64,000 nt of DNA from Nitrospirota bacterium (GCA_963701855.1 CAVPBK010000004.1:317604-381603); one strand, 5' to 3'; shown: positions 29,050 to 40,060, counted from the first letter of the stretch. Made by a program: numbers and translations. The notes: a model not told the origin generated them from the sequence alone.

Positions 29050-32000
29050 GATACCCGCTCCATCAACGAACGTTCCCGGGAAACAGGCAGGCAGAGGGTA
29101 AAGGTCGTCCCTCTCCCGACTTCGCTGTCTACCAGGATCTTTCCTCCGTGGCGCTCGACGATGCCCAGACTGACCGACAGGCCGAGTCCGGTTCCTTCGC
29201 CTTCGCTCTTAGTCGTAAAGAACGGATCGAAAATCCTCGGCAGGATCGCCGGCGGAATGCCCGATCCCGTATCGCGCACTTCGATCAGACAGATTCCTTC
29301 AGCCACGGACGTTCGGATCGTCAGCACTCCTCCGTCTTTCATCGCTTGCACCGCATTCAATACCAGATTCATGAGCACCTGCTCCATCATATGGCGATCA
29401 ACCATAACATTCGGCAGCCCTTGACCGAATCCCGTTTCCAGCATGATGTGGTTCGGGGCAAGGAGATGCGTCGTCAAGACCAACACCCGATCCACGACGT
29501 GATTGATGTCCGTCAGGGCAAATTCCGGCTCATGCTGCTGAGAGAAATCGAGGAGCTGCCGAACGATCTTCTGTACGCGTCGCACCCCATCTTCCATCGA
29601 CGACCAATACTCCTCTTGCCGGCTCGGCGACAACGCCCCCTTCCGCAAGTTGTAGAGACAGTTGAGGATGCCCCCCAGGGGATTGTTGATCTCGTGCGCG
29701 ACCCCTGCTGCCAGCTTTCCGACCGAAGCCAGTTTCTCCGAGTTCCTGATCTGCTGCTCCAATTTTTTGGTCTCCGTCATGTCGCGCGCAATGCCCAGCA
29801 CGCCAAGGATCGCTCCCTCGACCCCATGCAGTGGTGAGACACTCACCATCACAGCCCTTGGCTCCCCTGTGCGAGTCACCACTTCGACCTCATAGACCTG
29901 CTTCGCACCGATATCCAAGGTGCTCTTGAGACGCTTCCCGCGATGACGCTTGGAGAGAAGGGCGAGGTAGGGGCGCCCGAGCAGATCGTCTTTCCGGTAC
30001 CCCCATGCTTCAATCTTGCTGTTGACATAGGTGAACCGCTGCTCGGTATCGAGGGTATAGATGACATCGTTGGCGTTCTCGAGCAGATTTTCGAGATACT
30101 GCGTGGTCTCTTCAATTTCCCGCGTGCGCTCTCGTACCTTACCCTCCAACTCTTCTCGGTATGTCTCCAGCTGCCGTTCGAGCCGCTTCCGGTCAGTAAT
30201 ATCCCGTAACTGCACCATCACCAATAGTTGGTCGGCCACTCCGACAGGAATCAAGTTCATTTCGACCGGCATGTCCAGTCCTCCGGCATGACGCACCATG
30301 ATCTCCTGGGTAGACACTTTCCGTTGTCCGGAAATGACGTCGCTCAGCCATCCGCGCAACGGATCGTGATAACCGGAAAGAATGACTTCGAGCAGACTGC
30401 GGCCGACCACGGACGCCTCTGCATACCCCAGCGCTTGCTCCTCACGTTTGTTGACGGCGACGATCATGCCCTTCGAATCCACCATAAACACCGAATCTGC
30501 CACCAAGTCGAACAACGCCTTGTACCGCGCCTGCGAGGCTACGAGCTGTTGCGTTCGCTCCGACACGGCCTGTTCAAGCGTTGCCGTGTATTCTTGCAGA
30601 TGTTGCTCAAGCCGGCGGCGTTCGGTCACGTCGCGCACAAACGCGCGCGAGTGAACCAACCCGCCACGCTCTTGATCCATCAGCGCCGTGGCATGGATCT
30701 CCACATCGATCGGGTGACCATCTTTGGCCAGAAACACCGTCTCCATCGAACTGCGACCTTGCGCCACCAATCGTTCCAAATATTGCAATACGAATGGCTC
30801 CTGGCCACGCGGCACAAGGTCCCAGAGCCGCATCGCCAGCATCTCATTGAGCGTGTACTTCAGCTTTTCGAGCCCCATCTTGTTCACATGGACGAATCGG
30901 CCGCTCCGGTTCAATTGATAGATCATCTCAGGAGAGTGCTCGATCAGATCGCGGTACTTTTCTTCCAGGCGGCGCACATCCACCACGCGTTGTTCGATCT
31001 GCGCAAACGACCGTTGTAAATTCTCTGCCATCTGATTGAACGCATCGGCGAGCCCTTCGATTTCATCGCCGGTCTTCAGTTCCAGCCGCCGGTCCAATCG
31101 CCCGCTTCCGATTTCGCGCACCCCGTCGTGTAACAACTGAATGGGCCGGGCGATCCGGCGTGCGACGACCACCCCAGTCCCCCACAGCACGGCGAGCACG
31201 AGCAACCCATAGAGCAGCACTTTCGCCACGAGTTCAGCGAGCGGCGCATAGGTCTCCTGGGGATCCTGCCGCACCACAGTAATCCACTGATGTCCTCCGA
31301 GGCTCCCCTGAGCCAAGCTCTCGCCGAATCGGACCGGAGCGAATCCGATCAAGGCATTCTGGCCTCCATGCGAATCGTCTGCGGCAACGGTCCAGCCGGC
31401 TTCCAGCCCGCCGAGAGCGCCGATGAATTCAGGCCGCACCGTATGCGCTTCCGGGGCCAGGATCGGACAGATCACGGGAACACCATCGGAACTGAACAAC
31501 ATCGCGTGACCGGTCGCCCCAATCGCCACCTCGGCAATGGCATGAAAAATCGTGTCTCGACGCAACAGAATGGTGACCGTTCCAATCACCGTCTCTTTTG
31601 TATCGTCAAAAATTGGTGCCGCCACCACGACCACATGAGTCCCGAACGCGGGATCGAAAACAATCTCGCTCACATAGCCCCTGGAACTTCCCCCCTTCAT
31701 CACCGCTTGCCACCATAGTGTCTTCCCGTAAAAATACTCCACTTGTGGAATGGAGCTGACCACCAGCGCTCCCTGCTGATCGGTCACCAGTATCCCGACA
31801 TAGTCCGATTTGCGGATATCGTGCCACCGGATGAGGTAGTTCGTGACAATGCGATTGATGAAGAGGGGAAATTCGCTTTGTTTGCCCCGCTGACGCCACC
31901 GCTGCTGCCAATCCTTGATCATGCCCTGGATGCTCCGCGCATCCTTTCCCTCATACGTGCGGTTGGCTTCGGTCACAGCGGTGTGGAGAAAGGGGGTTGT

Positions 32001-32225
32001 GGCGAGCTGCTGGGCCTCGTTCATCCCACGGCTAACCTGCATCTCGATGCGGCGAGCGGCTTCAACGGCGGCTTCCTTAAAGTTGGAGCCGGTCACTTCT
32101 CGAAGCGCACGCCGCTCCTCGACGTAGATGAGCACAAGCAGAATGGTCAGGGGTAGGAGTCCGACCAGTACGATCGCCGCGATGATCTTGCGCTGGAGAT
32201 TGTGAGACCGACTCCAGAATGTCAT
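29046..32225 (-). CDS. Membrane sensor histidine kinase (periplasmic Cache-like, HAMP, 3 PAS)
   Basis: Two TMs, GDEIEGLADAFNQM, three PAS domains, AHEINNPL, FDPFFTTK and GTGLGL. Start 32225 or 32300. Confidence 0.93.
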   Translation of the reverse strand: MTFWSRSHNLQRKIIAAIVLVGLLPLTILLVLIYVEERRALREVTGSNFKEAAVEAARRIEMQVSRGMNEAQQLATTPFLHTAVTEANRTYEGKDARSIQGMIKDWQQRWRQRGKQSEFPLFINRIVTNYLIRWHDIRKSDYVGILVTDQQGALVVSSIPQVEYFYGKTLWWQAVMKGGSSRGYVSEIVFDPAFGTHVVVVAAPIFDDTKETVIGTVTILLRRDTIFHAIAEVAIGATGHAMLFSSDGVPVICPILAPEAHTVRPEFIGALGGLEAGWTVAADDSHGGQNALIGFAPVRFGESLAQGSLGGHQWITVVRQDPQETYAPLAELVAKVLLYGLLVLAVLWGTGVVVARRIARPIQLLHDGVREIGSGRLDRRLELKTGDEIEGLADAFNQMAENLQRSFAQIEQRVVDVRRLEEKYRDLIEHSPEMIYQLNRSGRFVHVNKMGLEKLKYTLNEMLAMRLWDLVPRGQEPFVLQYLERLVAQGRSSMETVFLAKDGHPIDVEIHATALMDQERGGLVHSRAFVRDVTERRRLEQHLQEYTATLEQAVSERTQQLVASQARYKALFDLVADSVFMVDSKGMIVAVNKREEQALGYAEASVVGRSLLEVILSGYHDPLRGWLSDVISGQRKVSTQEIMVRHAGGLDMPVEMNLIPVGVADQLLVMVQLRDITDRKRLERQLETYREELEGKVRERTREIEETTQYLENLLENANDVIYTLDTEQRFTYVNSKIEAWGYRKDDLLGRPYLALLSKRHRGKRLKSTLDIGAKQVYEVEVVTRTGEPRAVMVSVSPLHGVEGAILGVLGIARDMTETKKLEQQIRNSEKLASVGKLAAGVAHEINNPLGGILNCLYNLRKGALSPSRQEEYWSSMEDGVRRVQKIVRQLLDFSQQHEPEFALTDINHVVDRVLVLTTHLLAPNHIMLETGFGQGLPNVMVDRHMMEQVLMNLVLNAVQAMKDGGVLTIRTSVAEGICLIEVRDTGSGIPPAILPRIFDPFFTTKSEGEGTGLGLSVSLGIVERHGGKILVDSEVGRGTTFTLCLPVSRERSLMERVS

Positions 32226-32354
32226 GGGTATGCCCCATCTCGCTATTGACGCGGGACTCGCGAGACTTGCAAGAAAAGCGGGACGGGTCGGAAGTTTCAT
32301 CTTCGCGAGTCGCGCCCTTCACGCACGTCTCGCTTCTCGCGCCTGTGATTCCGG

Positions 32355-33272
32355 CTAGCTCCGCTTCAAGAGCCGCCCGGACCCTCCCGGCCAGAGCAAC
32401 AGCAACGGACTCGCGACGAAGACAGACGAATAGGTCCCGAAGATCACGCCCCACAACAGGGCAAGCGAGAAATCGTGCAAGACCTCTCCGCCGGCCAACG
32501 CCAGAGGAATCAGCACCAACACGACTGTCAAACTCGTAACGATCGTGCGGCTCAAGACTTGGTTGACCGCATTGTTGATGATCGTCTCTTCGCTCTCTCG
32601 TCGCCGCATCCGAAGATTTTCCCTGATCCGGTCGAATACGACGACCGTATCCGTCATGGAGTAGCCGGCTAATGTCAGCAATGCCGTCACGACGAGCAGG
32701 GTAATTTCTTTATCCAGAATATAAAAGGCACCTAACACCGCCAACACGTCATGAAAGGTCGCCAACGCCGCGGCGATACCAAAGCGAAGCTCGAACCGCG
32801 CCGCCACGTAGATAATGATCCCGGCAAAGGAAATGAGGATCGCAATGAGAGCATCTCCTTGAAGTTTCTGCCCGATAGTCGGCCCGATTTCCGTGCTGGA
32901 ATCGATCACGAAATGGTTCGAGGAAAATTCCTTCGTAAAGACCGCCACGACCCGATCGGCGACCTTCTCCTCGATGGTCGTCGAAGCCTTCAGGCGGATC
33001 AGGAGCTTGTTCTCCTGGCCAAATTCTTGCAACTCGGCGTTGCCCAGGCCGTTCGCCTCCAAGATTTTCCTCGCTTCGTCTATCCGGATCGGTTGGTCGA
33101 ACTTCAACTGCACCGCGGTCCCACCCGAGAAATCGATGCCGAGGTTTGCCGCCCCTCTGCCAATCTGAATGAGCGCCACAAGTCCCAGCACCACCATAAT
33201 GCCGGAAAACATAAAGGCCCAGCGGCGCTGCCCCATGAAATCGATCGTAGTTTTTCCGAGAATCTCCAACAT
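32355..33272 (-). CDS. secF: Protein translocase subunit SecF
   Basis: GIDFSGG and DTVVVFDRIRE. Confidence 0.97.
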   Translation of the reverse strand: MLEILGKTTIDFMGQRRWAFMFSGIMVVLGLVALIQIGRGAANLGIDFSGGTAVQLKFDQPIRIDEARKILEANGLGNAELQEFGQENKLLIRLKASTTIEEKVADRVVAVFTKEFSSNHFVIDSSTEIGPTIGQKLQGDALIAILISFAGIIIYVAARFELRFGIAAALATFHDVLAVLGAFYILDKEITLLVVTALLTLAGYSMTDTVVVFDRIRENLRMRRRESEETIINNAVNQVLSRTIVTSLTVVLVLIPLALAGGEVLHDFSLALLWGVIFGTYSSVFVASPLLLLWPGGSGRLLKRS

Positions 33273-33287
33273 GCTGGCTCCTTCGAA

Positions 33288-34931
33288 CTAGATGCTTAAC
33301 TGTTCCACTTTGCGTCGTTGATTCAAGAGGTCGAAGATGACCTTGGTGCCGATCAGGGCCGTAAACAGATTGATCCCGATTCCGAGACAGAGGGTCACGG
33401 CGAATCCTTTGATCGGTCCTGTGCCGAAGAGGAACAGCGCCACCCCCGTGATGAGGGTGGTCACGTGAGAGTCGACAATCGTCAGCAGCGCCTTGTCATA
33501 TCCTCCGTCCACCGCCAGCCGAACGGCTTTGCCCGATCGCAACTCTTCGCGAATACGCTCGAAAATCAGGACGTTCGAGTCGACGCCCATCCCGATCGTG
33601 AGCACGATCCCGGCGATCCCCGGCAAGGTCAGCGTTGCGTTCAGCGCAGAAAGGGCTCCGACCAAACACAACAGATTGAGCACCAGCGCAAAGTCCGCAA
33701 TCACCCCGGACATCCGGTAATACACGATCATGAAAATGACTACCATGGCGCCGGCAAACAGTGTGGCCTGCACACCTTTCTCGATCGAATCCTTCCCCAG
33801 CGACGGCCCGACCGTGAGGTCTTGAATGATCTTGAGCGGAGCCGGCAAGGCGCCGGCCCGGAGCACGATAGCCAAATCATTGGCCTCTTGCATGGAAAAG
33901 CTCCCGGTGATTTGCGCGCGTCCTCCGGTAATGCGGTCCTGAATCACCGGCGCTGAATAGATTGTGTTATCGAGTACGACTGCCATGCGCTTCTTGATAT
34001 TGTCGCCCGTAATCCGTTCGAATTCCCGGCCGCCCTTCCCGTCAAATGTGATCGACACATAGGGATCGTTGAATTGACCGATCGAGACCCGTGCATCGCT
34101 CAACACATCGCCGGTCAACATGACCCGTTTTTTTACGAGATAGGGAATGCGATATTCACGGCCGGTGTCTTTTTCAACTCCCCGCTCGAAGAGGATCTGA
34201 TCGCCTTCCGGCAGTTTTCCCTCCACCTGCTTCAGCACATCTACTTCTTTATCTTTCGGAATACGGGCAGGCAGATCGAGCTTCGGCTGATTGTCCTCAT
34301 CGAGCATCTTAAACTCGAGCAACGCTGTTTCCTTGATCAGATCCCTGGCGCGCTTGGGCTCTTTGACACCGGGCAGCTGCACGACGATCTGCTTCAATCC
34401 TTGCCGCTGCACAATCGGTTCTGACACGCCAAACTGGTCGATGCGGTTTCGAATCGTTTCCAGTGCTTGGTTAATTGCAGAGTCCTTGATCCGTTTGGCC
34501 TCGGCCTCCCGCAGCTCCCACACCAGTCGGCTGGCCGATCCGGAAGATTCCGTTTCGCTGAAGGTCGGATAGTCATCGATCATCTTCTGGATCTGCGCCT
34601 TGAGTTCGGCGTTTTGGAATTGAATCGTGACCTGAGACTGTCCCGTCCGCACCACAGACTCCACGGGAATTTTCTTCTCGACCAACAGATCTTGAAGGGA
34701 CGTAACCGATCGATCGACAGCGATCTCGACCGCGCGATCTTCGTCCACTTCCATGACAAGATGAATCCCGCCTTGGAGATCCAAACCCAACGTAATGCCT
34801 TTGTCCGGCATCACCTTCTTCAGCCAGTCAGGCAATGCCTGATAGAAGGGCTGATAAGAGGGAATAAAGAAAATCACCGACAGCACCACCACCAACGCCA
34901 ACAATGTTAACCGCCCACCCACTTTTCTCAT
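33288..34931 (-). CDS. secD: Protein translocase subunit SecD
   Basis: LGLDLQGG, RIDQFGVSEP and GMGVDSNVLIFERIREE. Confidence 0.97.
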   Translation of the reverse strand: MRKVGGRLTLLALVVVLSVIFFIPSYQPFYQALPDWLKKVMPDKGITLGLDLQGGIHLVMEVDEDRAVEIAVDRSVTSLQDLLVEKKIPVESVVRTGQSQVTIQFQNAELKAQIQKMIDDYPTFSETESSGSASRLVWELREAEAKRIKDSAINQALETIRNRIDQFGVSEPIVQRQGLKQIVVQLPGVKEPKRARDLIKETALLEFKMLDEDNQPKLDLPARIPKDKEVDVLKQVEGKLPEGDQILFERGVEKDTGREYRIPYLVKKRVMLTGDVLSDARVSIGQFNDPYVSITFDGKGGREFERITGDNIKKRMAVVLDNTIYSAPVIQDRITGGRAQITGSFSMQEANDLAIVLRAGALPAPLKIIQDLTVGPSLGKDSIEKGVQATLFAGAMVVIFMIVYYRMSGVIADFALVLNLLCLVGALSALNATLTLPGIAGIVLTIGMGVDSNVLIFERIREELRSGKAVRLAVDGGYDKALLTIVDSHVTTLITGVALFLFGTGPIKGFAVTLCLGIGINLFTALIGTKVIFDLLNQRRKVEQLSI

Positions 34932-34960
34932 GTCGTCTGGTACCCCTTTTCCTGCACGGC

Positions 34961-35317
34961 CTACGAATCCTTATCCTTATCCTCGTCGTCGCCGCCGCGT
35001 AATCGAGCAATCTGATCCCGTTGTATCCGAATCTTCGTACTATCCGCGATCTGCAACGTCACCGTCTCCTTCCCGAGATTCGTCACGGTGCCCCAGATAC
35101 CAGACGCCGTGACCACCTTGTCGCCCTTCTTCAAGGCCTCCAGCAACGCCTTCTGCTGTTTCGAGCGTTTCTGTTGAGGCAAAATGACCAAGAAATAGAA
35201 AATGACGAAGATCAACGCGAACGGAATGAGAGATAGGAGCGTACTGGCTGTGGAACCCGACCCCCCAGAACCCCCTCCACCGAATAGCTGAGCCATTACG
35301 ACCGATTGCATGACCAT
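34961..35317 (-). CDS. yajC: Preprotein translocase subunit YajC
   Basis: FYFLVILPQQKR..LKKGDKVVTASGIWG; tgt-yajC-secD-secF synteny. Confidence 0.95.
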   Translation of the reverse strand: MVMQSVVMAQLFGGGGSGGSGSTASTLLSLIPFALIFVIFYFLVILPQQKRSKQQKALLEALKKGDKVVTASGIWGTVTNLGKETVTLQIADSTKIRIQRDQIARLRGGDDEDKDKDS

Positions 35318-35338
35318 AGACACTCCTCCTCGAAAGCG

Positions 35339-36508
35339 TTAATCCCATCCGGTATGCCGATGCAGATCGACGTCAGCCACTTCCATAGCTGAGACGTCCG
35401 ATGCAGCCCGGCCGCGGGATCGGTAAAACTCGTCCCGGAACAACCGGAACGTCCCCTGTGCGATCGCCGACCGCACCTGGCCCATCAGATCGGCAAAGTA
35501 CCAGAGGTTGTGGATCGTATTCAGTCTCGATGACAGCATCTCTTTCACCTGAAAGAGGTGATGCAAATAGGCCCGCGAGTAACGTGCGCAGACCGGACAG
35601 CCACAGCCCGGATCGATCGGCTGTTCATCCCGAACATACTGCGCTTGCTTAATCACCACTCGCCCGAAACTCGTAAAGAGCGAGCCGGTCCGTCCATGAC
35701 GCGAGGGCACCACGCAATCGAACAGGTCGATTCCGCGCGCCGCGCCTTCGATCAAATCCTCCGGCATCCCTACACCCATCAGATACCGTGGCTTCGAAGC
35801 CGGAAGCTCCGGAACGGTCACATCCAACATGGCATACATCTCCTCCTTCGATTCGCCCACCGAAAGCCCACCGACCGCATAGCCCTCGAAGCCAAGACCG
35901 ACTAGGTCTCGCGCCGAGGTTACGCGGAGATCTGCATCCAAGCCGCCTTGCACGATCCCAAAGAGGGCTTGATCCCTGCGACGCCGACTGGACTGACAAC
36001 GTTTTGCCCAGAGGGTGGTCCGCCGAACCGCATCGCGCACAACCTCTTTCTCAGCCGGCAAAGCCACGCAGTGATCGAACGCCATCATGATATCGGCCCC
36101 CAGCGCCTCTTCGATCTCGATGGCGGTCTCCGGCATAATGAAATGTGTGGACCCATCGAGATGCGACTGAAAACTCACGCCCTCATCCGTCACCTTGCAC
36201 AGTTTAGCTAGACTGAAAATCTGAAACCCGCCACTATCGGTCAAGATAGCTCCCGGCCACCCAGTGAACCGATGCAATCCACCCATCTCAGCTATAATCT
36301 TATGCCCTGGCCGTAGATAGAGGTGATAGGCGTTGTTCAGTATGAGGTGAAAGCCGAGCTGCTCTAAATCGGCTGGCTCAATCCCCTTCACCGGCCCCAA
36401 CGTGCCGACCGGCATGAAGGCCGGCGTATCGATCGCACCATGGGCGGTGCTGAGTCTCCCCAATCGTGCACTCGTCTCACGGTCTGCCTGCTGAACCGAA
36501 AAGTCCAC
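35339..36508 (-). CDS. tgt: Queuine tRNA-ribosyltransferase
   Basis: TPAFMPVGT, TDSGGFQ, DLFDCV and the CGCPVC Zn site. Confidence 0.97.
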   Translation of the reverse strand: MDFSVQQADRETSARLGRLSTAHGAIDTPAFMPVGTLGPVKGIEPADLEQLGFHLILNNAYHLYLRPGHKIIAEMGGLHRFTGWPGAILTDSGGFQIFSLAKLCKVTDEGVSFQSHLDGSTHFIMPETAIEIEEALGADIMMAFDHCVALPAEKEVVRDAVRRTTLWAKRCQSSRRRRDQALFGIVQGGLDADLRVTSARDLVGLGFEGYAVGGLSVGESKEEMYAMLDVTVPELPASKPRYLMGVGMPEDLIEGAARGIDLFDCVVPSRHGRTGSLFTSFGRVVIKQAQYVRDEQPIDPGCGCPVCARYSRAYLHHLFQVKEMLSSRLNTIHNLWYFADLMGQVRSAIAQGTFRLFRDEFYRSRGRAASDVSAMEVADVDLHRHTGWD

Positions 36509-36523
36509 AGTACCCCTTGCTGG

Positions 36524-38278
36524 CTACATCTGCTCCGGTGCGGAAATCCCGAGTACGCCAAGTCCATTCTTCAAAACTTGCTGGACTCCTCGCATCAAGG
36601 CCAATCTCGCCGCAGTCCGTTCAGTGGTCAGGACCTCTTTTGGCAACCCCTCGCCTGGAACGACTCCCCCGGGCGTGATCGCCAGCAGATCACGATCCGC
36701 AGCGGGAGGCAGAATCCGGTGCTTGTTATAAAACGTATGCAGCAGTCCGGCCAATTGCTGGAGGTAATAGGTCATCCGGTGAGGCTCATAGGCCATTGCA
36801 CTGCCCTGCAGGACCGAGGGATAGGCAGAGAGCTTGCGAATCAACCCCAATTCATCCGGGTCCGTCAATATCGTCAAATCCGTCTCGCTTGGCAGGGGAC
36901 AGGCGATACCTCGCGCGTCCGCAACGCGCCAAAGACTGGCGATTCTGGCATGGGCATACTGCACATAGTACACGGGATTGTCAGATGACCGCTGTTTGGC
37001 CAGTTCCAAGTCGAAATCGAGATGCGAGTTGGAATCGCGCATGAGAAAAAAGAACTTGGCCGCATCGGCCCCGACTTCATCGATGACTTCACGCATCGTG
37101 ATGAACTCGCCGGCCCGCTTCGACATTTCCACTTTTTTCCCGCCGCGTAACAAATTCACCATCTGGACCAACACGACCTGAAGGCGATCTTTCGGAAACC
37201 CATAGGCCTGCACGACCGCTTGCATGCGAGGAATGTAGCCATGGTGATCTGCACCCCAGACGTCGATGAGGAGATCGTATCCACGCCGCAGCTTATCCTG
37301 GTGGTAGGCGATATCGGATGCCAGGTAGGTGTACTCGCCATCCTGTTTCTGTACGACACGATCCTTCTCGTCGCCGAATGCCGAAGATCGGAACCACCAG
37401 GCGCCTTCCTGCTCGAACAGGAACTGTTGCGATTTCAATTCTTCCAAGGCTCGTTGGACGGCTCCGGAGTTCACGAGAGAGGCCTCGCTGAACCACGATT
37501 CCAACTCAATCCCGAAGGACTTCAAGTCCTCGCGAATCAGGCCCAGCAATTCCTGATTGGCGAACGCCCGACAGCGCTCCTCGATCTCCGTGGCCGTACG
37601 TCCGGCTAGCTCAGACCCAAGCTGTTGTTTCACTCGTTCGGCCACAGCAGTGATGTAGGCTCCATGATAGCCCTCTGCCGGAAATTCGACCGGCCGGTTC
37701 GACAGCTCCTCATACCGTGCAAAGACAGAGGCCCCCAATAGTCTCATCTGCCGTCCGGCGTCGTTGATATAGTACTCGCTCACAACGTCGTACCCGACCG
37801 CCTTGAGCATGTTCGCGACTGCCTGCCCGACCGCAGCGCCACGCCCATGTCCTACATGCAACGGGCCGGTTGGATTCGCACTGACATACTCCACCAAGAC
37901 ACGACGCCGTTGTCCCATCTCGGCTCGCCCGTAGGCTGATCCTTCAATCTCAATTTCTCTGAGCACCTCTTGCCAGACGGCGGGCTTGACCGTCAGGTTG
38001 AGAAACCCAGGCCTGACGATTTCAATTCGATCGAAGAGCTGCTCACGCTGAGAAAGATTGTCGATAATAATTTGGGCGATATCGTGGGGCGCTCGTTGCT
38101 CGGACACAGCGAGCGACATGGCGACCGTCGAGGCTAAGTCTCCCCATTCGGGTCGTTTGGGAGTATCCAGACTCACCTGAGGCCAAGCTTCGGTCTTCAG
38201 TTGGCCCTTCTTTTTGGCCCCATTGAGCGCACTAATCAACGCGCTGGTGACCTTTTCCTGCACGACCCCGCTGGACAA
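36524..38278 (-). CDS. argS: Arginine--tRNA ligase
   Basis: SANPTGPLHVGH, WGADHHGY, MSKRAG and YVQYAHAR. Confidence 0.97.
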   Translation of the reverse strand: MSSGVVQEKVTSALISALNGAKKKGQLKTEAWPQVSLDTPKRPEWGDLASTVAMSLAVSEQRAPHDIAQIIIDNLSQREQLFDRIEIVRPGFLNLTVKPAVWQEVLREIEIEGSAYGRAEMGQRRRVLVEYVSANPTGPLHVGHGRGAAVGQAVANMLKAVGYDVVSEYYINDAGRQMRLLGASVFARYEELSNRPVEFPAEGYHGAYITAVAERVKQQLGSELAGRTATEIEERCRAFANQELLGLIREDLKSFGIELESWFSEASLVNSGAVQRALEELKSQQFLFEQEGAWWFRSSAFGDEKDRVVQKQDGEYTYLASDIAYHQDKLRRGYDLLIDVWGADHHGYIPRMQAVVQAYGFPKDRLQVVLVQMVNLLRGGKKVEMSKRAGEFITMREVIDEVGADAAKFFFLMRDSNSHLDFDLELAKQRSSDNPVYYVQYAHARIASLWRVADARGIACPLPSETDLTILTDPDELGLIRKLSAYPSVLQGSAMAYEPHRMTYYLQQLAGLLHTFYNKHRILPPAADRDLLAITPGGVVPGEGLPKEVLTTERTAARLALMRGVQQVLKNGLGVLGISAPEQM

Positions 38279-38326
38279 GAAAATAACTCCTAAGTCCTTA
38301 CCAATGAAAGGGAAAATGAACTGGAC

Positions 38327-38355
38327 ACTGTAGCATACAGGATAGTCAGTGACAA
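38327..38355 (-). promoter_or_regulatory. Sigma-70 promoter of the argS operon
   Basis: TTGTCA-N17-TACAGT with an extended TG, about 50 bp upstream of argS. Confidence 0.55.
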
Positions 38356-38374
38356 GGCAGCCGGACGGGATTCT

Positions 38375-39382
38375 CTACTGAACCGCTGCCTCTTTAAGGC
38401 GCCCTAAACAACGTGCCGTAAGATCGTCTTGCCGCACATCGAGGCAAGGTTTCTCCTGACATCGGCTGACCTCGTCCCATGAACGGCAGAAGCAGGGTCC
38501 GCCCTGCACCACAGTCACATGATCGCCACTGGGAGCCCAGCGAGCGGGATCAGTCGGCCCAAATAGAGCAACTGTACGCAGCCCCATTAACCCAGCCAGA
38601 TGAGTAATTCCAGAATCCTGCCCAACAAAGAGACGTGCCTGGGCAAGCACACCGGCAACGGTCAGAAGATCGATGCTCCTCAAGACAATTGGTGAGTCCA
38701 CACAAAACGTGAGAAGTCGCTCAACCGGTTCCCGGTCTGCTGGCCCTTCTAGAACAACAGGGGTCGCCCCAAAAGTCTGAGTCGCGATAACGACAGACGC
38801 GAGTGTCTCCGGCGCCGCACACTTATGGACACTTCCACTTCCAGGATGGATGACGACAAGAGACTGTCGAGTTGAAAGGCCCGCTGCTTCAAGACAGGCT
38901 CGTCCGAGATGGAGGAACAGTTCCGTTACCGTCAACAGAACATCTCCCTCGTCGTCAGACGGCGTCTCATTAATCGTTTCGAGAAACCGATCACGTTGAT
39001 GTATTGCCCGAATATCAGTCGAGAACGGAGACCTGACGATAACCTCTCGAGCACCGGCTGCCTTGAGTGTCTCACTCAATTTACTGTCGAGATCCTGCAT
39101 CCAGCCAATGGCAAGATCGCAGTCCTCCAACCAAGTCTGTACCTGCTCCGTACTCGATTCCGCACCGGCAAACAAGTCCGTGCAGTTACGCCCACGGACA
39201 GAGGTCCATTCATCGATGATACGGCAAGCAAGGAGCAGCCGTGCGACCTGATCTTCTGCACAAAGCATCAGCCAATGGTTGGGAAAGCGGGTTCGCAAGC
39301 GAACCATCGCTGGAACCGTCAAAAGCACATCCCCAAGGCTTCCGGGGTGGATCATCATGATCGTCCTTCTCACGGTAGGCAT
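38375..39382 (-). CDS. Glycosyltransferase family 9 (heptosyltransferase-like)
   Basis: GSLGDVLL, IHPGSG, GQDSGITHLA and LFGPT. Confidence 0.9.
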   Translation of the reverse strand: MPTVRRTIMMIHPGSLGDVLLTVPAMVRLRTRFPNHWLMLCAEDQVARLLLACRIIDEWTSVRGRNCTDLFAGAESSTEQVQTWLEDCDLAIGWMQDLDSKLSETLKAAGAREVIVRSPFSTDIRAIHQRDRFLETINETPSDDEGDVLLTVTELFLHLGRACLEAAGLSTRQSLVVIHPGSGSVHKCAAPETLASVVIATQTFGATPVVLEGPADREPVERLLTFCVDSPIVLRSIDLLTVAGVLAQARLFVGQDSGITHLAGLMGLRTVALFGPTDPARWAPSGDHVTVVQGGPCFCRSWDEVSRCQEKPCLDVRQDDLTARCLGRLKEAAVQ

Positions 39383-39387
39383 GACGG

Positions 39388-40008
39388 TTATCCTAAGTGA
39401 GGTGTCCGAGCCAGCAGTGATCTCGCCGATTCAAGATCCGCCAATGTATTCACGTTGCAAAAGGAACGCCCGGATGGATCAATGCTGAGCAAGTCCGCCT
39501 CGGTGACATAGCAGACTCGAAGTGACGATTGCGACACCATCTCTTGGATCTTGAGCTGTCGTGCCAGGACCATCTGTTCCAAGACTGGCAGGCATTGTTT
39601 GCCGTATAAGGCATGCATTGGCTGTAACCGGGCATCGAGTTTCGCCATGACAATATCTGTGGTCGTTCTTCGACTCGTGAACTGAGCAATGACCGCTTGA
39701 TTGAGAAATGGCATGTCGCAGGCGACCACGAATACCCATGGAGTCGTTGCTTGCATGAGCCCGCTGTACAGCCCTCCGAGACTGCCGCAATCAGGCACCA
39801 GATCTCGTACCACTCTGGCATCGACGCCAAGGGGAGAGCTGTCCTGCGCAATGACGACCAGCACATTTTGAAAAGTTGAACGAAGTACCGCCAGTCCTCG
39901 TTCGAGGAGAGTCTGTTCCCCCACGACAAGGTGCCGTTTATCTTCTCCCATTCTTCGGCTTTTCCCTCCGGCGAGAAGGATGCCGGTCACTTCGGTCTCC
40001 ATAACCAT
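39388..40008 (-). CDS. mobA: Molybdenum cofactor guanylyltransferase
   Basis: LLAGGKSRRMGEDK, GSLGGL, ACDMPF and NVNT. Confidence 0.95.
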   Translation of the reverse strand: MVMETEVTGILLAGGKSRRMGEDKRHLVVGEQTLLERGLAVLRSTFQNVLVVIAQDSSPLGVDARVVRDLVPDCGSLGGLYSGLMQATTPWVFVVACDMPFLNQAVIAQFTSRRTTTDIVMAKLDARLQPMHALYGKQCLPVLEQMVLARQLKIQEMVSQSSLRVCYVTEADLLSIDPSGRSFCNVNTLADLESARSLLARTPHLG

Positions 40009-40024
40009 CCCTCAATTCAGGCAC

Positions 40025-40060
40025 AAAAAAGAAAGAGGGGGTGGGTCGCCCCACCCCCTC
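40025..40060 (-). terminator. Intrinsic terminator after the cytochrome operon
   Basis: GAGGGGGTGGG/CCCACCCCCTC stem followed by a U-tract on the minus strand. Confidence 0.85.
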
